The notes under the pieces were generated by a model. It was given only the letters and a program-made list of their open reading frames with translations. It had not been told where the DNA came from and did no database searches. A DNA stretch of 64,000 bases from Vicugna vicugna (Eukaryota), in contig MU058009.1 of the NCBI GenBank assembly GCA_013265495.1, positions 808,001 through 872,000 of the forward strand, read 5' to 3'. Numbering within the stretch: position 1 is the first letter of the stretch; each line of letters begins with the position of its first letter. Position numbers and translations under genes: made by a program. Positions 41,528 to 54,409 of this stretch are shown piece after piece.

Positions 41528-42654
41528 ATCTTCAGTGAAGCAAAAATTGCTCCATCGCTGGCTATTGAGAGCCCCTTCAAGGGCCTTGCTTTCAAAGTCC
41601 TTTTAACAGGACCCCAAGATGTTCCAGGATCATCTTCTACTTTTTATGACCAAGACTTAAAATTAGCTACTTTTCTAAGAAGTTCTGCTTTTAGTGGGAA
41701 ACTATAGTTTAAAATCACAATCTGAGCATTATAGACACTCATTTATTTGGTTGTTCATTTTTTTATAAGCCTTCAAGGGGTATTTAGTGCATATTTTATC
41801 CAGACTTTTTATTCTTTCCTGCAGGAGGGTTGTTCAGGTTATTTAGTCTGATATGTAAAACCATGAAGTCTATTGTTCCCTGTTTAACGTACAATGTCAT
41901 GCTCCATTCCTACTGCACAGTTAGTAATCGAAAGTTTAACCTGCATGGCTAAATCAATTTTTAAAGTCAATCCTCTATTTGTGAACACTTAGTTTTTTTT
42001 TTCCAAAATATTAGATTTTTTAATAACTAAATCTTTGTATGTAATTCTAATGATTTTCATATTTCAAGTTTCTTTATGTGGAATTGCTGGCTCAAATTTT
42101 CTGAGTATTCTAATGGTTTTGAAATAGATTTCAAGCCTCTTTCTGTGTGTGTCTGTTTTCTGTTTTACTTAAGGGCAGAGAATAGAGAAGACAGGGACCA
42201 TGGGACGTGAGTATTCTGGTATTTTTCACTGTAATTTAAGCAGCATCAGTAGAGTCTGGCTCATCCGTATACCTAACAGGAGCTTGGTCAGTATATTAGA
42301 TGCCCCTAGACTCTAATTAGCAGGGAGCAAGCTGATAAAACTCACTTCCTGAACCTTTAACATGAGGAAGCAAGCCTCGGATCTGAGTTGATCCTGTTAC
42401 ATGAGGCTCAGCCTGAGCAGCAAGGGGATCCCCCAGATGTGGACATGGCTCACCTGGGCCAAGAGCAAATGAGACACATATGCTGAAACCGCCCGTTCAG
42501 CAGAGAGGCTGCAGACACTATCGGTGATCAAGCTCCACCCCCCTCCTCATCTGCTTCCCTGTCCACCACCCAGAGGCAGCCTAGACTCGGGGCATCACCG
42601 CCCCCCTCACCCCTCACCATTTGCAACCTTTTCTCACTAACCAATGAGCTACAT

Positions 42655-43123
42655 TTTACTGAAGGCAAGTTCATGTGCCCTGCTCACTGTGAGTCCAACC
42701 AAATCTAAAGGTTGCATTTTGGAGCAGAGAAAGATTTATTGCAGGGTCGAGCAAAGAGCATGGGGTGGCTCATGCCCAAGAAAACCCCAAATTCCCCAAA
42801 GGGTTTCAGCAAAGCATAGTTAAAGGCCAGGTAAGGGAGGGGGTGTCACAGGGTAGGTGATCAGCTGTGCACAGTTCTCTGATTGGCTGATGTTGAGGGA
42901 GCAGGGCAGTCAACACTATGATCCCTCGGCACCAGAAGGTCTGGGTGCTCTCGATCATCAAGGAGTTCATTTCTTCCATTTGGTGGTGGTTTTTAGCATC
43001 TGAAAAACTCAGGAAATAAACATGAGATGCTATCATCTGGGTGCTTCAGAGAGGAGCTACTGCAGAGGATGCGTGGGGGCGGTGTCTGCCCTGGGAAGAT
43101 CCCACAGGGTCCTGCTCGGTCAC
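42655..43123 (-). mobile_element. ERV1-type solo LTR
   Basis: Antisense AATAAA (gatttattgc) and CCAAT (ctgattggctg); ends gggtcctgctcggtcaca. Confidence 0.7.
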
Positions 43124-44609
43124 ACGTCGGCAACACAGACTACAAGCCCTTGGTTGCTTCTGTGCAAGCAGCAACCGGGATAAAATCCTTGTCCTTGGCA
43201 TGGAGTCCCAACCCCGGATGTGAAGAAAGGCACGGTTTTCTTGGGAAGAGGAGGGGCACGGAGTCTCCCTCTGATGGCCATTTCACAAAGCGGACATCAG
43301 GAGGGAAGGGGGTCAGCATTAACACAGCTGGCAACCCACAGCGTTAAATTGTCTGTAAAAGCAGTTGTTAAAGCCAGGTTAAAAAAAAAAAAGAGAGAGA
43401 GAGAGAAAAAGAAAAAGAAAATGCAGCCTTCTGCAGATACTCCACGGCTGCTTATTCAGGAATTTCACAAAAGCCCAGGGCTGGTAATGAGGCCTCTGGT
43501 CCTCCCCGGCGTGGGTCCGGCTTAGCGTGGCTCAGGCCACGTGATCCTTGCACAGGGGGCCCTAATTGATGAGGTTCTGATGCTTAAATGCAGCTCTGGT
43601 TGCAGGAGTTTCAAGGAACTGCTGCCAGTAAGGGCTCCGAGGTGAGGGGAAATTTTTACACTTAGTTCCCAGAGCTCTGCTAATGACTGTTATGAAATGA
43701 AAACTCATTTAGGGAGAATGGAAGAGGGGAGGGGAGGAAGTCCCCCCGGCCACATTCTGCAATCTGATAGTCCCTTTGCAGGAGGAGGCAGGAGAACAAA
43801 ATGCCCCTGGAACACCTTTTGCACCTTCAAAACTGAAGACTAGTCAGCTTGTCGCAATTCAGTCTGCGAATGGGGCATCTGATTCTGGAAGGTGACGTTA
43901 GCCAGAAAAGCACACGCCTTAAAATGCTGGCATCACCTCTCCATCCATTGTAAAGCGCTCTCCCCCGGAGGGGAGAAGCGGACGGACTGGTTCACACCCT
44001 GGCTCAGCCGCTGAATGGCTCTGGGCAAGCTTCCTCCTTCTCTAAGCCTCATTTTCACCTACTGTGAAATTTGGTGGGGAGCTGGTGCCTGGCGGCATTA
44101 TTGTGAAGATTAGAGAAAGTAACAACCTCACGCAAGCAGCCAGGCGCACAGCTGGGGGTTCGGGCCAGTTCACCGCTGCAGGACTGCTTCCTTCTTGCCG
44201 CAACTGGTGGCGGGTGAGCTGGTTGTTGGGTCTGAATAACGACCACTCCCACCAACACAAGTGACTTCTGTGCCTACCAGATGCCAGGCATTACCCTGGA
44301 CACGAAGAGCCCCCGGTACCCTCTTAGCCTCTGGGACATCCAGCGGAGAAGTCCCCTGTCCTTGGGCACTCCGCTTTCCACCACGCCCGCCTACTCTTGT
44401 CCCTCCCCTCCTTTCCTGGGTCCTACAAGGGTTGGAGCCTGCCCTAAACCTGGGTTCTAGTTGCCAGGGTTGGATGTGGGGTGGGCAGGCCACCCACGGC
44501 TGCTGACATCCAAGTTCTAATGAAAGTGAGTCCCGAAGCAAGGGAAGGTCTGGAACTACAAGATGAACGTGTGAGAAGGTCCAGATCCAAGGTTAAAAAG
44601 TCTATAATA

Positions 44610-44928
44610 CAGTCGGCCCTCTGTATCTGCAGGTTCCACGTCAGAGCATCCAACCAACTCAAGATCGAAAATATTTGGGGGAAAAAAATTCAGCAAGTTC
44701 CAAAGGGAAAGACTTGATTTTGCTGCCTTCAGGCAACTATTTACATACCACTCACATTGTATCAGGTATTTTAAATCATCTAGAAATGATTTCAAGCATA
44801 CGAGAGGGTGTCATAGGTCACATGCAGATACATCCCACTTTATACACAGGACTTCAGCATTTGCAGATTCTGGTCTCCGAGTGGGTCCTAGAATGAGCCA
44901 GTCCCCTGTGGATACTGAGGGATGAGTG
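44610..44928. mobile_element. Tigger3/MER2-like MITE
   Basis: TIR-like ends cagtcggccctctgtatctgc ... gtggatactgagggatgagtg. Confidence 0.75.
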
Positions 44929-47900
44929 AACTCAATTGTCAAGGGTACCTCAAAGGAAACTCAGGGGGGAAGACCCTAGAAATATTCCAAATGCCAACCA
45001 TACCCAGGGCGCAGGAGTATTTATGGTGTTTCTATGTCAGAGCCTGTGGGGAGGATGTCTCTGAGATGTTTCTGACAAAGGCCAGCTCTCAGACTCCCTC
45101 CCCTGGTGGAATGTGAGTCTTCCTCCTGTGTTTTTGTTTTGTTTTGTTTTTGAGAAAACGCTCATTCACTACAGGCATGGGAGGCGGGTTTCTATGATCC
45201 TTCCTCTAGGATAAACCTTCCTAGCATGATGCTCACGGCCGACAGGAAGTCACCCAGAACCGCTGTACAGCACCCTGCTCTGTGCCCTTACTTCCTCAGA
45301 AATAAAAATTTTAAAAGTAGCCACCAGTCACGTTCTCATTTATCAGCCATTACTCAGTCCAGGGCCACGTGAATTCTGCCCTTGTAACTGCTGTGCATCT
45401 TTGCTGGCCAAGGTCCTTATGATCAATGGCTTATTAATTGCTAAAGCTAATGGTCGCCTTTTCACCTGTGTTTTATATATTCTTGCCACGTTAGAGGCCA
45501 CTGAAGAAATTCTCTCCTTTGTTTTCTTTTCTGGCCTAACAACCTCCCATGACCTGGCTGTGTTCATCTGTATGCATACCTCCTCCACTGGGCCTCTGAT
45601 CTCCTCATCTTTGCTTTCTTGTTTTCCATCTCCTTTTTAAAAAATCTTTGCTACATATTGCGTGATCTCCTCAATGCTGCCTTCCAAACCTCTCCATAGT
45701 TCCCCCTGTATCTTATATTATTATATTATTATTATTATTACAAAAAATAATTTCCAGGGCCTCCCAGTGTTCCTATAATTGGCATTCTGCTCCTGCTTTA
45801 CGGCTGCAATTTTCCTTATTTGCAAGCAGGGAGATAAGGGGATATTTCTTTCTCCTTGCCTCGTCTCTGTTTTTTCTGGAGGGTGTTTATTGATATTTCT
45901 TTTGGTCTCTATATTTCATATGATAAACTATCCTCAGATGTCTGGCAATCCTTCATTCCCAGCTCTTATTTTCAGACTCATTCTTACAAAGCTCACTGGA
46001 GGCTCTGAGCGTGTGGCTCTGGCTCGAGGACTTGGAAGGGCCTGGCTGGACCAGCCCACGGGGAAACCTTTTCGTTGCTGGTTGTTTCCTCCTGGCTGGG
46101 TCGGACTCCCCAGAGAAGACTGCCAGTCTCTTGTCAGCGGCGAAGAGTTGCTTGCTAGCACTCTTGGAGCTGAACTGAAGAACAGGACAAGGTTGTCAGT
46201 GTCCGGTAGTCACACATGCACTTGGGTCCCCTGTTTTCAGTACATGGACTCCTGCCCTAACTGTGACAGGAACCCGCCAGTCCAGAGAGCTTCTCTTGTA
46301 TTTGCTCAGAAGACCAATCTCCAGTTTTGCACAGAAGGGAAGGGGAAGACTGTCAACAAGCCAATCCAGGTTGGCGAGAGGGTCTGATTTACTTCTTAAA
46401 TCAATTTTCAATCAATCCTCATTAATTTAGCTCCTTTGCTTCAAACTGGTTTCCAGCGTGCCTGGCTTCCCCCGTTATTAAGTCTTTTGAAGATTCTGGT
46501 GTAAATTGCGTTTATTCCTGGCTTTTCTTCTCGCTGGGGATTCAGTTTCCTCAAGCCTCAAAACGATTTTGCTCCTTGTCTATTTGATTTGCACCAATCA
46601 GAATTTTGTTACTGTTTTCTCTCTCTTATCTTCCATATCTTTGGAGGGTTTGCTTTTAAAATACCTTTGGAGTTGTTTCAGTGAGATTTCAGGAGGGAAT
46701 AGAAGTAGCCATAGGTGGCTGATATTTCCCCTGACCCTCATCCTCTGTGATTTTTAATTCCTCTTAACTAGCAGTGCAAGCTCATACTGCAGCACAATTT
46801 CTGAGACTCTTCATTTCTGAAGGTCCCTTTGTTTAGCTCTTGTGCTTGAATGATAATACAGCTGGGAAGAGCATCTTTTACTGTTGTTAAAAAATTATTT
46901 TTCCTCCTTCCTTTAGAGATAATGTCCAGCATCCTCATTACTTTAGAGATAATCTTCTTGTCTAAACAAGAGGTGCCAGTGATAAATCGTATTTTCATCT
47001 TCTCATTCCTCCCGAGGTCAGCTTCTCAGAATCTCTATAAGCTGTTCTGATTCTCTATCTTTTAGTGTTCTGAAATTTCTCTACTTTCTCCTTCTTAATC
47101 TGCTGTTAAATATATGCTAAAAGATCTAAATCTGTCCCCCATGGCTGCTAACTTTTCCTGCCTTGGGGGAATAATTCCTCATCCAGATGCTCCATCTCAC
47201 CAGTTGGCTTCACAGCTCCGTCCACTCTGCTCATTTCCCTAACATATTGGCATTGGCTCTTCCTTCAGGGACCTTTACTGGTACTTAATACCTCACACCA
47301 TGTAGCCTGTCTTATGCTGATGAAAAATATGAAATACATGAAAAATATCTCCATCTATCAATTTCCGAGGAAATGCCTCTCTTTCTGTTGTTGCTTCTCT
47401 TCGGATACTGATGTCTCATTGTGGAGTTACCTTTCTGCCTGCCTTAAAAGGTTGGTCTTCTGTGATGCTGGGAAGATTTTGCTACTGGGGAGATGCTCTA
47501 GTAGTCACTCTGGGGAGAGGTGATGCTCCTGTTCCCTCTTGTGTCTCCAGATGCGAGGCGCTGCTCCTCCTGTCCAGCCCCACCTTCACTGGTGCCCGAG
47601 ATGGAGGCAGGTGGAGGATGGAGGGAGGAGCCAAACTCCCTGGTGGGTCTTTCGGTTGTTCTCCAGCTAAGCACACCAAGAGGTCCCCTTGCCTCTTGCT
47701 TTTTGCATCCACCATCATAGAGCATCAGTTCTCCAGCTGCTCCCACCTGTCCATCCATCCTCCCCTGAACGAGTTTCAGGTTTGCTATCCTCCTTCAGTC
47801 CAATCCAATCTGCACTCCATTTTTGAGAGGTTCTTCATACCATCTGATCTATTGATGACACCCCTTCTCATTTTCCAGTACTATTATAGAGTCTTTAAAT

Positions 47901-48442
47901 AAATATTTTTAAATAAACACTTTTTATAATTTCCAGGGACTTGGTAGAAATGTAACCTGCAGCTTGCTTGATTCATGACATCTTTCACCCGTGTCAATAT
48001 CTTTTATAAAAAATATCTTCCCCATGCACTCTTCTGCCCACTTTAATTTAGCCCACATCTCATCACAGCAATCAAACCGCCTTTGCAAAGATTACCAGTA
48101 TCCTCCATATTGAAAACTTCAATGGTAATTTTTACCTCTTATCTCATCAGACTCCACAGTGGCTTTCAGTTGACTAAATGCAGCCTCACTCTTTCCTCTT
48201 AGCTCTTGTGGCTTCGTGGTGTCTTTATTCCTTTCCTACTTCTCTGGTCGCTCCTTCTCAGTTTCTTCTGCCTATCACTCTGCCCCAACGAGACCTGTGA
48301 ATGTTGGAATTCTTCAGTGCTCTGATCTGAGACTTCTTTCCTTCCTCTCTCTCGATGACTTCATCTATTTAAATAGCTTTAAATCCCATCTAGTATCTGA
48401 TGTGATTGCTCCAAAGGGGGGGAAAAAAACCCCACATATATA

Positions 48443-48760
48443 TAGCTGTCCCTCAGTATCCATGGGGGACTGGCTCCAGGACTTGCTTTGGGTACCAAGC
48501 TCTGCAGACGCTCAAGTCCCTCCTGTAAAATGGTGCGGTATCCGCACACAACCGAAGCAAGTTCTCTTCTATGCTTTAAATTGTCTCTAGATTACTTAGA
48601 ATAACTAATACAATGTAAATGCTATGTAAATAGTTGTCTGCAAATTGAAAATTCAAGTTTTTTGTTTTTTTTGAAATTCCTGCAATTAAAAAAAAAATTT
48701 TTTTTTCACCCATTGGTTGCATCTGCAGATGCAGAACCCATGGATATGGAAGACCAAGCG
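48443..48760. mobile_element. MER2 (Tigger family) MITE inside an L2, followed by (TATC)n ~48800-48857 and (TG)n ~48946-48973
   Basis: gtccctcagtatccatgggggactggctccagga ... gcagaacccatggatatgg. Confidence 0.8.
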
Positions 48761-48799
48761 TGCGGTGGTGTAGGGGTGTGTATGTATATTTACGTTTCG

Positions 48800-48858
<59 letters not shown>

Positions 48859-48941
48859 GTATATATAACATCTTGGATCTTTCTTCTGTGGTTCAGTGTT
48901 TTAACTCAAATATCCAAATGTCTATGTTTTATATCTCTCTC

Positions 48942-48976
<35 letters not shown>

Positions 48977-49628
48977 TTAGTTATATGCAAATGACCAAAT
49001 ATATGTTTCACATAAATCACAATATCACAGACTGATACAAAGCATACATCCCAGAAATATTTGTCGAGCTAATCAGCACTTGAATAAAGACGTCTTAATG
49101 ATTGTGAGCCCAGGGGATAGATTAGCAGAGCAGTGGACAGTATGATATTTCTCCCAAGATGGTTCATTTGTGCTTGAACAAACTGCATGGAGCCGACCGG
49201 ACAAACCTCCTTGAAGCCAGATCCAGGCAGAGGATTCAGGGTCCCCCGTGGGCAGCACATCATGGTGAAGAAAGACACTGGATTTTGAGCCCAAGGATCT
49301 GGTATCAATTCCTCCCTTCTCATTTATTAGCAATGTGGTTTGGCAAGTGAGTTAACCTCCCTGGACCCTTGTAACCTGATCTGTAACAATATGGGCTAAA
49401 GCCTCTATACAATCAGATTACTGAATTTATTTTTATCAAGCAAATGTCTGATTGTCCTCTGGAAAGTCCCACTCTGAACTCGACTTGAAATTGCAGATCC
49501 CTGTCTAATAATTTTATCTGACAGTCCTGGAGCCCTTTTGTCTCCAGCCAACCAGTCTGCCCAAGGCCACACACATCTCTGAATTCCAGCAAGACCCTTT
49601 AGCAGTAGAGAAGACCCTGGACCTGTCC

Positions 49629-50261
49629 TGGGGATGCAGGAAAAACGATGTTGGGCCCTAAGAGGGCCGTGTCCCAGGCTGCATTTGAGCCCCTGGGACG
49701 TGCCCCGCCAGGTGTGTGTCCTTGGCTTCGCACAGGAAAGAGTTCAAGAGTGAGCCACAGTTGAGTAAAGGTAGATTTATTCAGAGAGATATATTGAAAG
49801 GCAAGAGAAAGGCCACAAGGTGTGGGGGTTGAGTGCTCAGATGCTCAGATTCAAAGTAGGTACACACTCCATAGACACAGGGAAAGAGAGAGAAAGAGAG
49901 AGGCGGCTGCCCTGAGGCGCTGTGTTGCCAGTTTTTATGGGTTCATTGGCTTCATATGCTAATAAGTGGAAGGATCAGTCTAACTACCCTGGGAAAGGGG
50001 CTGGTATTCCCAGGGAGTTGGCCATTTCCCACTCTGTATCCTTCTGTGGCCAGCCTTGGGAGTGCCCTGGTACCTGTGGGCGTGTTATTCACCATGTTAA
50101 TATATTACAATGGGTACATAGTGAAGCTCAAGGTCTACTAGAAGTCAAATCTCCCACCATCTTGAGCCTCAAGGCGTCCTGGGGGTTGACTCTTTCACCA
50201 TTTTGATGTTAATCACTGTAGCATTCCTTGAATGGCTGAGCCCTGCCCCCTTTCTGTCTCA
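49629..50261 (-). mobile_element. ERV1-type solo LTR
   Basis: cttggcttcgcacaggaaagagttcaagagtgagcc, antisense AATAAA (gatttattc), ends ttctgtctca. Confidence 0.7.
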
Positions 50262-51293
50262 CTGGGCTGGCCTGACCCACCTCAGGGCCCAGGAGGAGTA
50301 GGCAAGAAATGTGTAGACCTCACTGTCACCAAGAACGCTCTGGAAGACTCTGGGTCTCATGGACACTTGAAGAGTCTCTTCGTCAAGGGCACCCCCGCAG
50401 CTTCTATATGGAAACTAGGACGCCCTGGGGGACCCAGTAGAATTCGATTTTCTCCAACAATAAATGAAAGATGAGAAACTTACAAATTCATATTACTGAA
50501 ATGTTCATTGTTATTTTTCTTATTTAAAGAATGTATTTAAAACAGGAATACAACATGGATTCCCAGCTCAGCATGTAATTTCCCACCACGTGTGATGTGT
50601 ACCATACGTAGATCATCGTTCCCTTAAACGGGAATTTCTGCTTTATCTTACAGATGGAGAAATAGAGGCACAAAAATCCGCTGTGCCTCGCCTAGTATCT
50701 TGATGTTTGCTGTGACGGAGACGATCTCAGCAAATTGAAAAGCGCCGTGCTGAGAGGCACACCTCCCTTTCCTTAGAAGTTTTCTCTTTCTTTGGGAAAA
50801 ATCATCCTGAAATAACTTCAGTCCAGCAGCTTGCAAAACATGTTTTTTGGCAGCATATTTTGAGTATCCCATCAGATCACAATACTGGTAAAGGGAAAAG
50901 TTAAGGGGAGGTTAAAGTCTGCCTCTGATTCACTTGATGTTACTTGAGCAAGTGCATCGTGGGGTCCTCTGATCGCTCGCAAGTGCCATTGTCTGTGTTT
51001 GAGAGGGTCTGTGTCTCATGAAGGGACCATGTGCCGTGTGGCTGTGCCTGAGGTGGGGTTCCCTGTGTCTTCCCTGTAAACTATCTCTGTGTTGGCTCTG
51101 CGCCTGGCTCTGCCGAGCGTATGGTGGTGATGTGTGCATGGACGCATGAACTGTTTGTGCCTGGAGGGGTGGGCTTCTGATTATGGACCAAGAACATGGC
51201 CATGGTCACTAAACTTTAAAAACAGATTATAGAAAACTGGTAGCTCTAAGTCTGAGAACTTATTCTTTCTATCCATCTATCGATTGTCATCTG

Positions 51294-51294
<1 letters not shown>

Positions 51295-51329
<35 letters not shown>

Positions 51330-51333
51330 ACAC
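51295..51333 (+). repeat. (CA)n microsatellite
   Basis: Direct sequence. Confidence 0.95.
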
Positions 51334-53714
51334 AGACATAGGTGCACACCATAGTTAGGACTGTAATCAGGGTTGGCATCCACAAAAGGAACATAATACC
51401 ATAGATGCCATTGTCCCTGGCTCATTGTAGGAGCTCAGGAGATGGGGTTACAAACCCCAGGCTAATAATACTGCCCAGAAAAGATACAGTTATTAAACTG
51501 GAGTGTTTGGGAGAGGGACCAGGAAAATAATCCTTCTATAAGAAAAAGAAAGCTGCCCATAACCCTGATCAGGAGATAGTGACAGTATTAGCTTCAGAAA
51601 ATGTCCTCAGAGATCAGGAAGGAAAGGTCTGAGATAAGCAGCAATTACAAAAACGAGAGTGCGCGCTCAGCGTGAGGCACCTGCGCGTCAGAGTTGTTCA
51701 GTAACATCTTCACCGCGTCTCTCTGGTATGCAAAGCCGAGAATTCCCAAATTAGCCACTGAGGTTTCAGAGAGTTTTCCCCGGCACCTTTATTTCCCGTT
51801 ATCAGTATGCCGGCTGGATCACTCTTCTGTGTTACCCATTATGCAGAAGGAAAACGCTTCCGTGTGGACCATGCGGCTAGGGGACCGGCGTGTTACATGA
51901 GATGACAGTGCCTGAGGTTTGCTTCTGCCCCGCACGCGCTAACCCTTCCTTGGCTGTTCCCTGTTGTCGTTCGTCATAGCACAGTCCACTCAGACCCAGC
52001 AGGTGGGGGAGAGTGACAGGCAGAGAGCACGCCCTGCCTCTGCCTCCCACCCCACGTGGGCAATGAGGAGTCTTCTTTTCAATTACGCTTAACACCGATA
52101 GCTCCCGCCGTCCTTAGCTGGCTGGCATTAAACATGACGGTGCTCTTTCAGTTTGGGCTTGTCGTTTACTTTTTTTTTATCTTGGCTACCAGTTGCGTTG
52201 TCTCTTGGGAAGGCGTGCTCCTTACATTCTCCAAAGAGACTGATATAAATGCAGTCTGATACTTTGTTCTTTTAAAGAAACGAAGGCATCCTTGTAACAG
52301 CCACCACCTGCCAGTATCCTCCCTCTCCATCGTGCTAACCAAGATCTGTACTTTAAGGTGCCCTTCACGGCAGAGCCACATAGTATCTACTTGTGTATCT
52401 TGTCTTTGGATGCCAGCACAGTCCCGGGCACATAGCAGACAGTCAGCAACAGTGTCGTTAAGTTAATTAAACCAAAAATATCCAGATCTCCCTTCTCTCT
52501 TCATCTGTCGTTTTTCCTACAGAGATTCCACACCATAGAAATCACGACCAGCCTGACATGCCCATCCCTTTAGAAATGAGATAAGTGCGTTTTCTAAATT
52601 TCATATAGTTGGTTAATGGTGGTGCTGGGACCAAAACTCAGGAGTTCTTCCGCTCCAGATCCACATAGCTGAGGTCAAAGGCACTTACTTATTTACTAAT
52701 TGAGAATATTCATTTTTCCTGATTGGGTACGCTCTGTAAAGGGCGATGCCTGAATAGCCATTTGCCTAAAGAAGGAAAGGAAAACAAAGAAGACACTCTT
52801 TGAAGCCGGCCTACTCATTTGAAGCATGGATTGAAACTAATTTATAGGGAAAAGGGTGTCTCCAAATAATTCACAACACTGTCGGTTCCCAGCCAGTGTA
52901 AACAAACCAGGGCAGTCATGAATTCTTGGTGGTTACTGAAGTCAGCCTGCTGTGGAGAAGCAAAATGATTTGCTTTAGTGAATTTCTGATGTGTTGCCTG
53001 GCTGCCCAGAATTGAGGTCCAGTAGCCAGAGGGGTTCAGGGAATGGAGAACTAAATCTTGGCTTTCTGTGGTCCATAAACGTCTCGTGCAAAGACAGGGT
53101 GGAACAATTTGCTGCCCCAGTGAGATGGTCTGAGATGAAGGTCTGCCAGGGTTGTGCCTGGATCCTGCAAAATGAGGCTTGGCTACTAGAAACTGGTCGT
53201 GGCCTCCCTTGTAGATGTCAGGGAAGTGGAGGAGGGCGAGGGCCACTGCCCCCACCACCCCATCCCTGACCACGCATGATGGGTCTGTTTCTGCTGAGAC
53301 AGGCCACCTGTCTCAGGGCACCCTGACACCTGCAGGGGGTACTCAGGGCCAGTTGGTCTCTTTCCTTATTCACTCATCTTCCTGAGAAGCGAAGCAGCTC
53401 ATGTGATTGGGAGACTGGGGGAAGGAATTGGGGTGTGGCCCTCAGCCCCTTCCTCTCTGTTTCTTCTGAGTGAATCTCAGGGCTGAATGTGCACCATCAC
53501 CACCTAGTGAATGTCTGAGACATGCTCACATCCTCACCCTCCGAGGTGAGACGATGCTTTCATTCTCGTGAGGTGGAGCTCTGGGCACTGGTAGCTTTAA
53601 CAATTCCCTAGTTGGTTCTAAGGTGCAGCCAGTACTGAAAGCAAGGAGCTAACCTGTCCCCGAAGGATACCTCCTCCACTCTTCAGTGTAGACACAGACT
53701 GATGTGTGAAGGGC

Positions 53715-54084
53715 TGTGACAGGCTGAAATTTGTCCCTTCAAGATTCATCTGTACCTAATCCCCAAGACCTCAGAATGTGACTGCATTTGGAGAGGAAAC
53801 CTTTAAACAGGTGATTAAGTTAAAATAAGGCCCTTAGGGTGGGCTGCAACCCGGTCCAACTGGTGAACTGGTGTTCTTTGGAAGAGGCGACTGGGAAAGA
53901 GCGCATGAGGACACAGTGAGAAGATGCAGCTTCAAGCCAAGGAGGGAGGCTTCAGAAGACTCCAGACCTTCTGACGGCTTGATCATGGACTTCTAGCCTC
54001 TGGGGTTGTAAGAAAATAAATGTCTGTTGTTTAACCCAACCAGATTGTGGTATTTTGTCATGATAGCCCTCGCAGGCTAATTCA
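53715..54084 (+). mobile_element. MLT1-type MaLR solo LTR
   Basis: TG...CA ends, AATAAA, perfect 5-bp TSD agggc (53710-53714, 54085-54089). Confidence 0.9.
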
Positions 54085-54409
54085 AGGGCTATCTGTGATG
54101 TCTCACAGGAACAGAAGTGAGCCCATCATTTTAGGAAAGGTCTTGGCAAATGCGGTTGTGATGACACATTTAAGAAGGTTCTTACATATGTTTACTGGAA
54201 GGTTCTTAAATATGTTTTCTCTGTCTCTCTGACAAATGCGCGCCATCTCGTAGGAATGTGAGAAATGTGATCATCTTTCAGCTTACACCCCAGGACGAGA
54301 GCGTTACCATCTTGAGCCTCACTCCTTCGGTTGCTATTAGTTATTTTTGCGCTTGAAGCTACTTCACGTCATGCCTGGGAAGGTCTGGAAAGACGCTCAG
54401 CCTTGGTGC

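Noticed and set aside
45779..46387. Longest ORF in the track (202 aa)
   Set aside because: Non-ATG start, no recognisable domain, and the sequence looks like the antisense 5' region of an old L1
54242..54290. FLRDG resembling the TLR5 TIR
   Set aside because: Lies ~150 bp past the inferred TIR end and is out of order with the other TIR motifs
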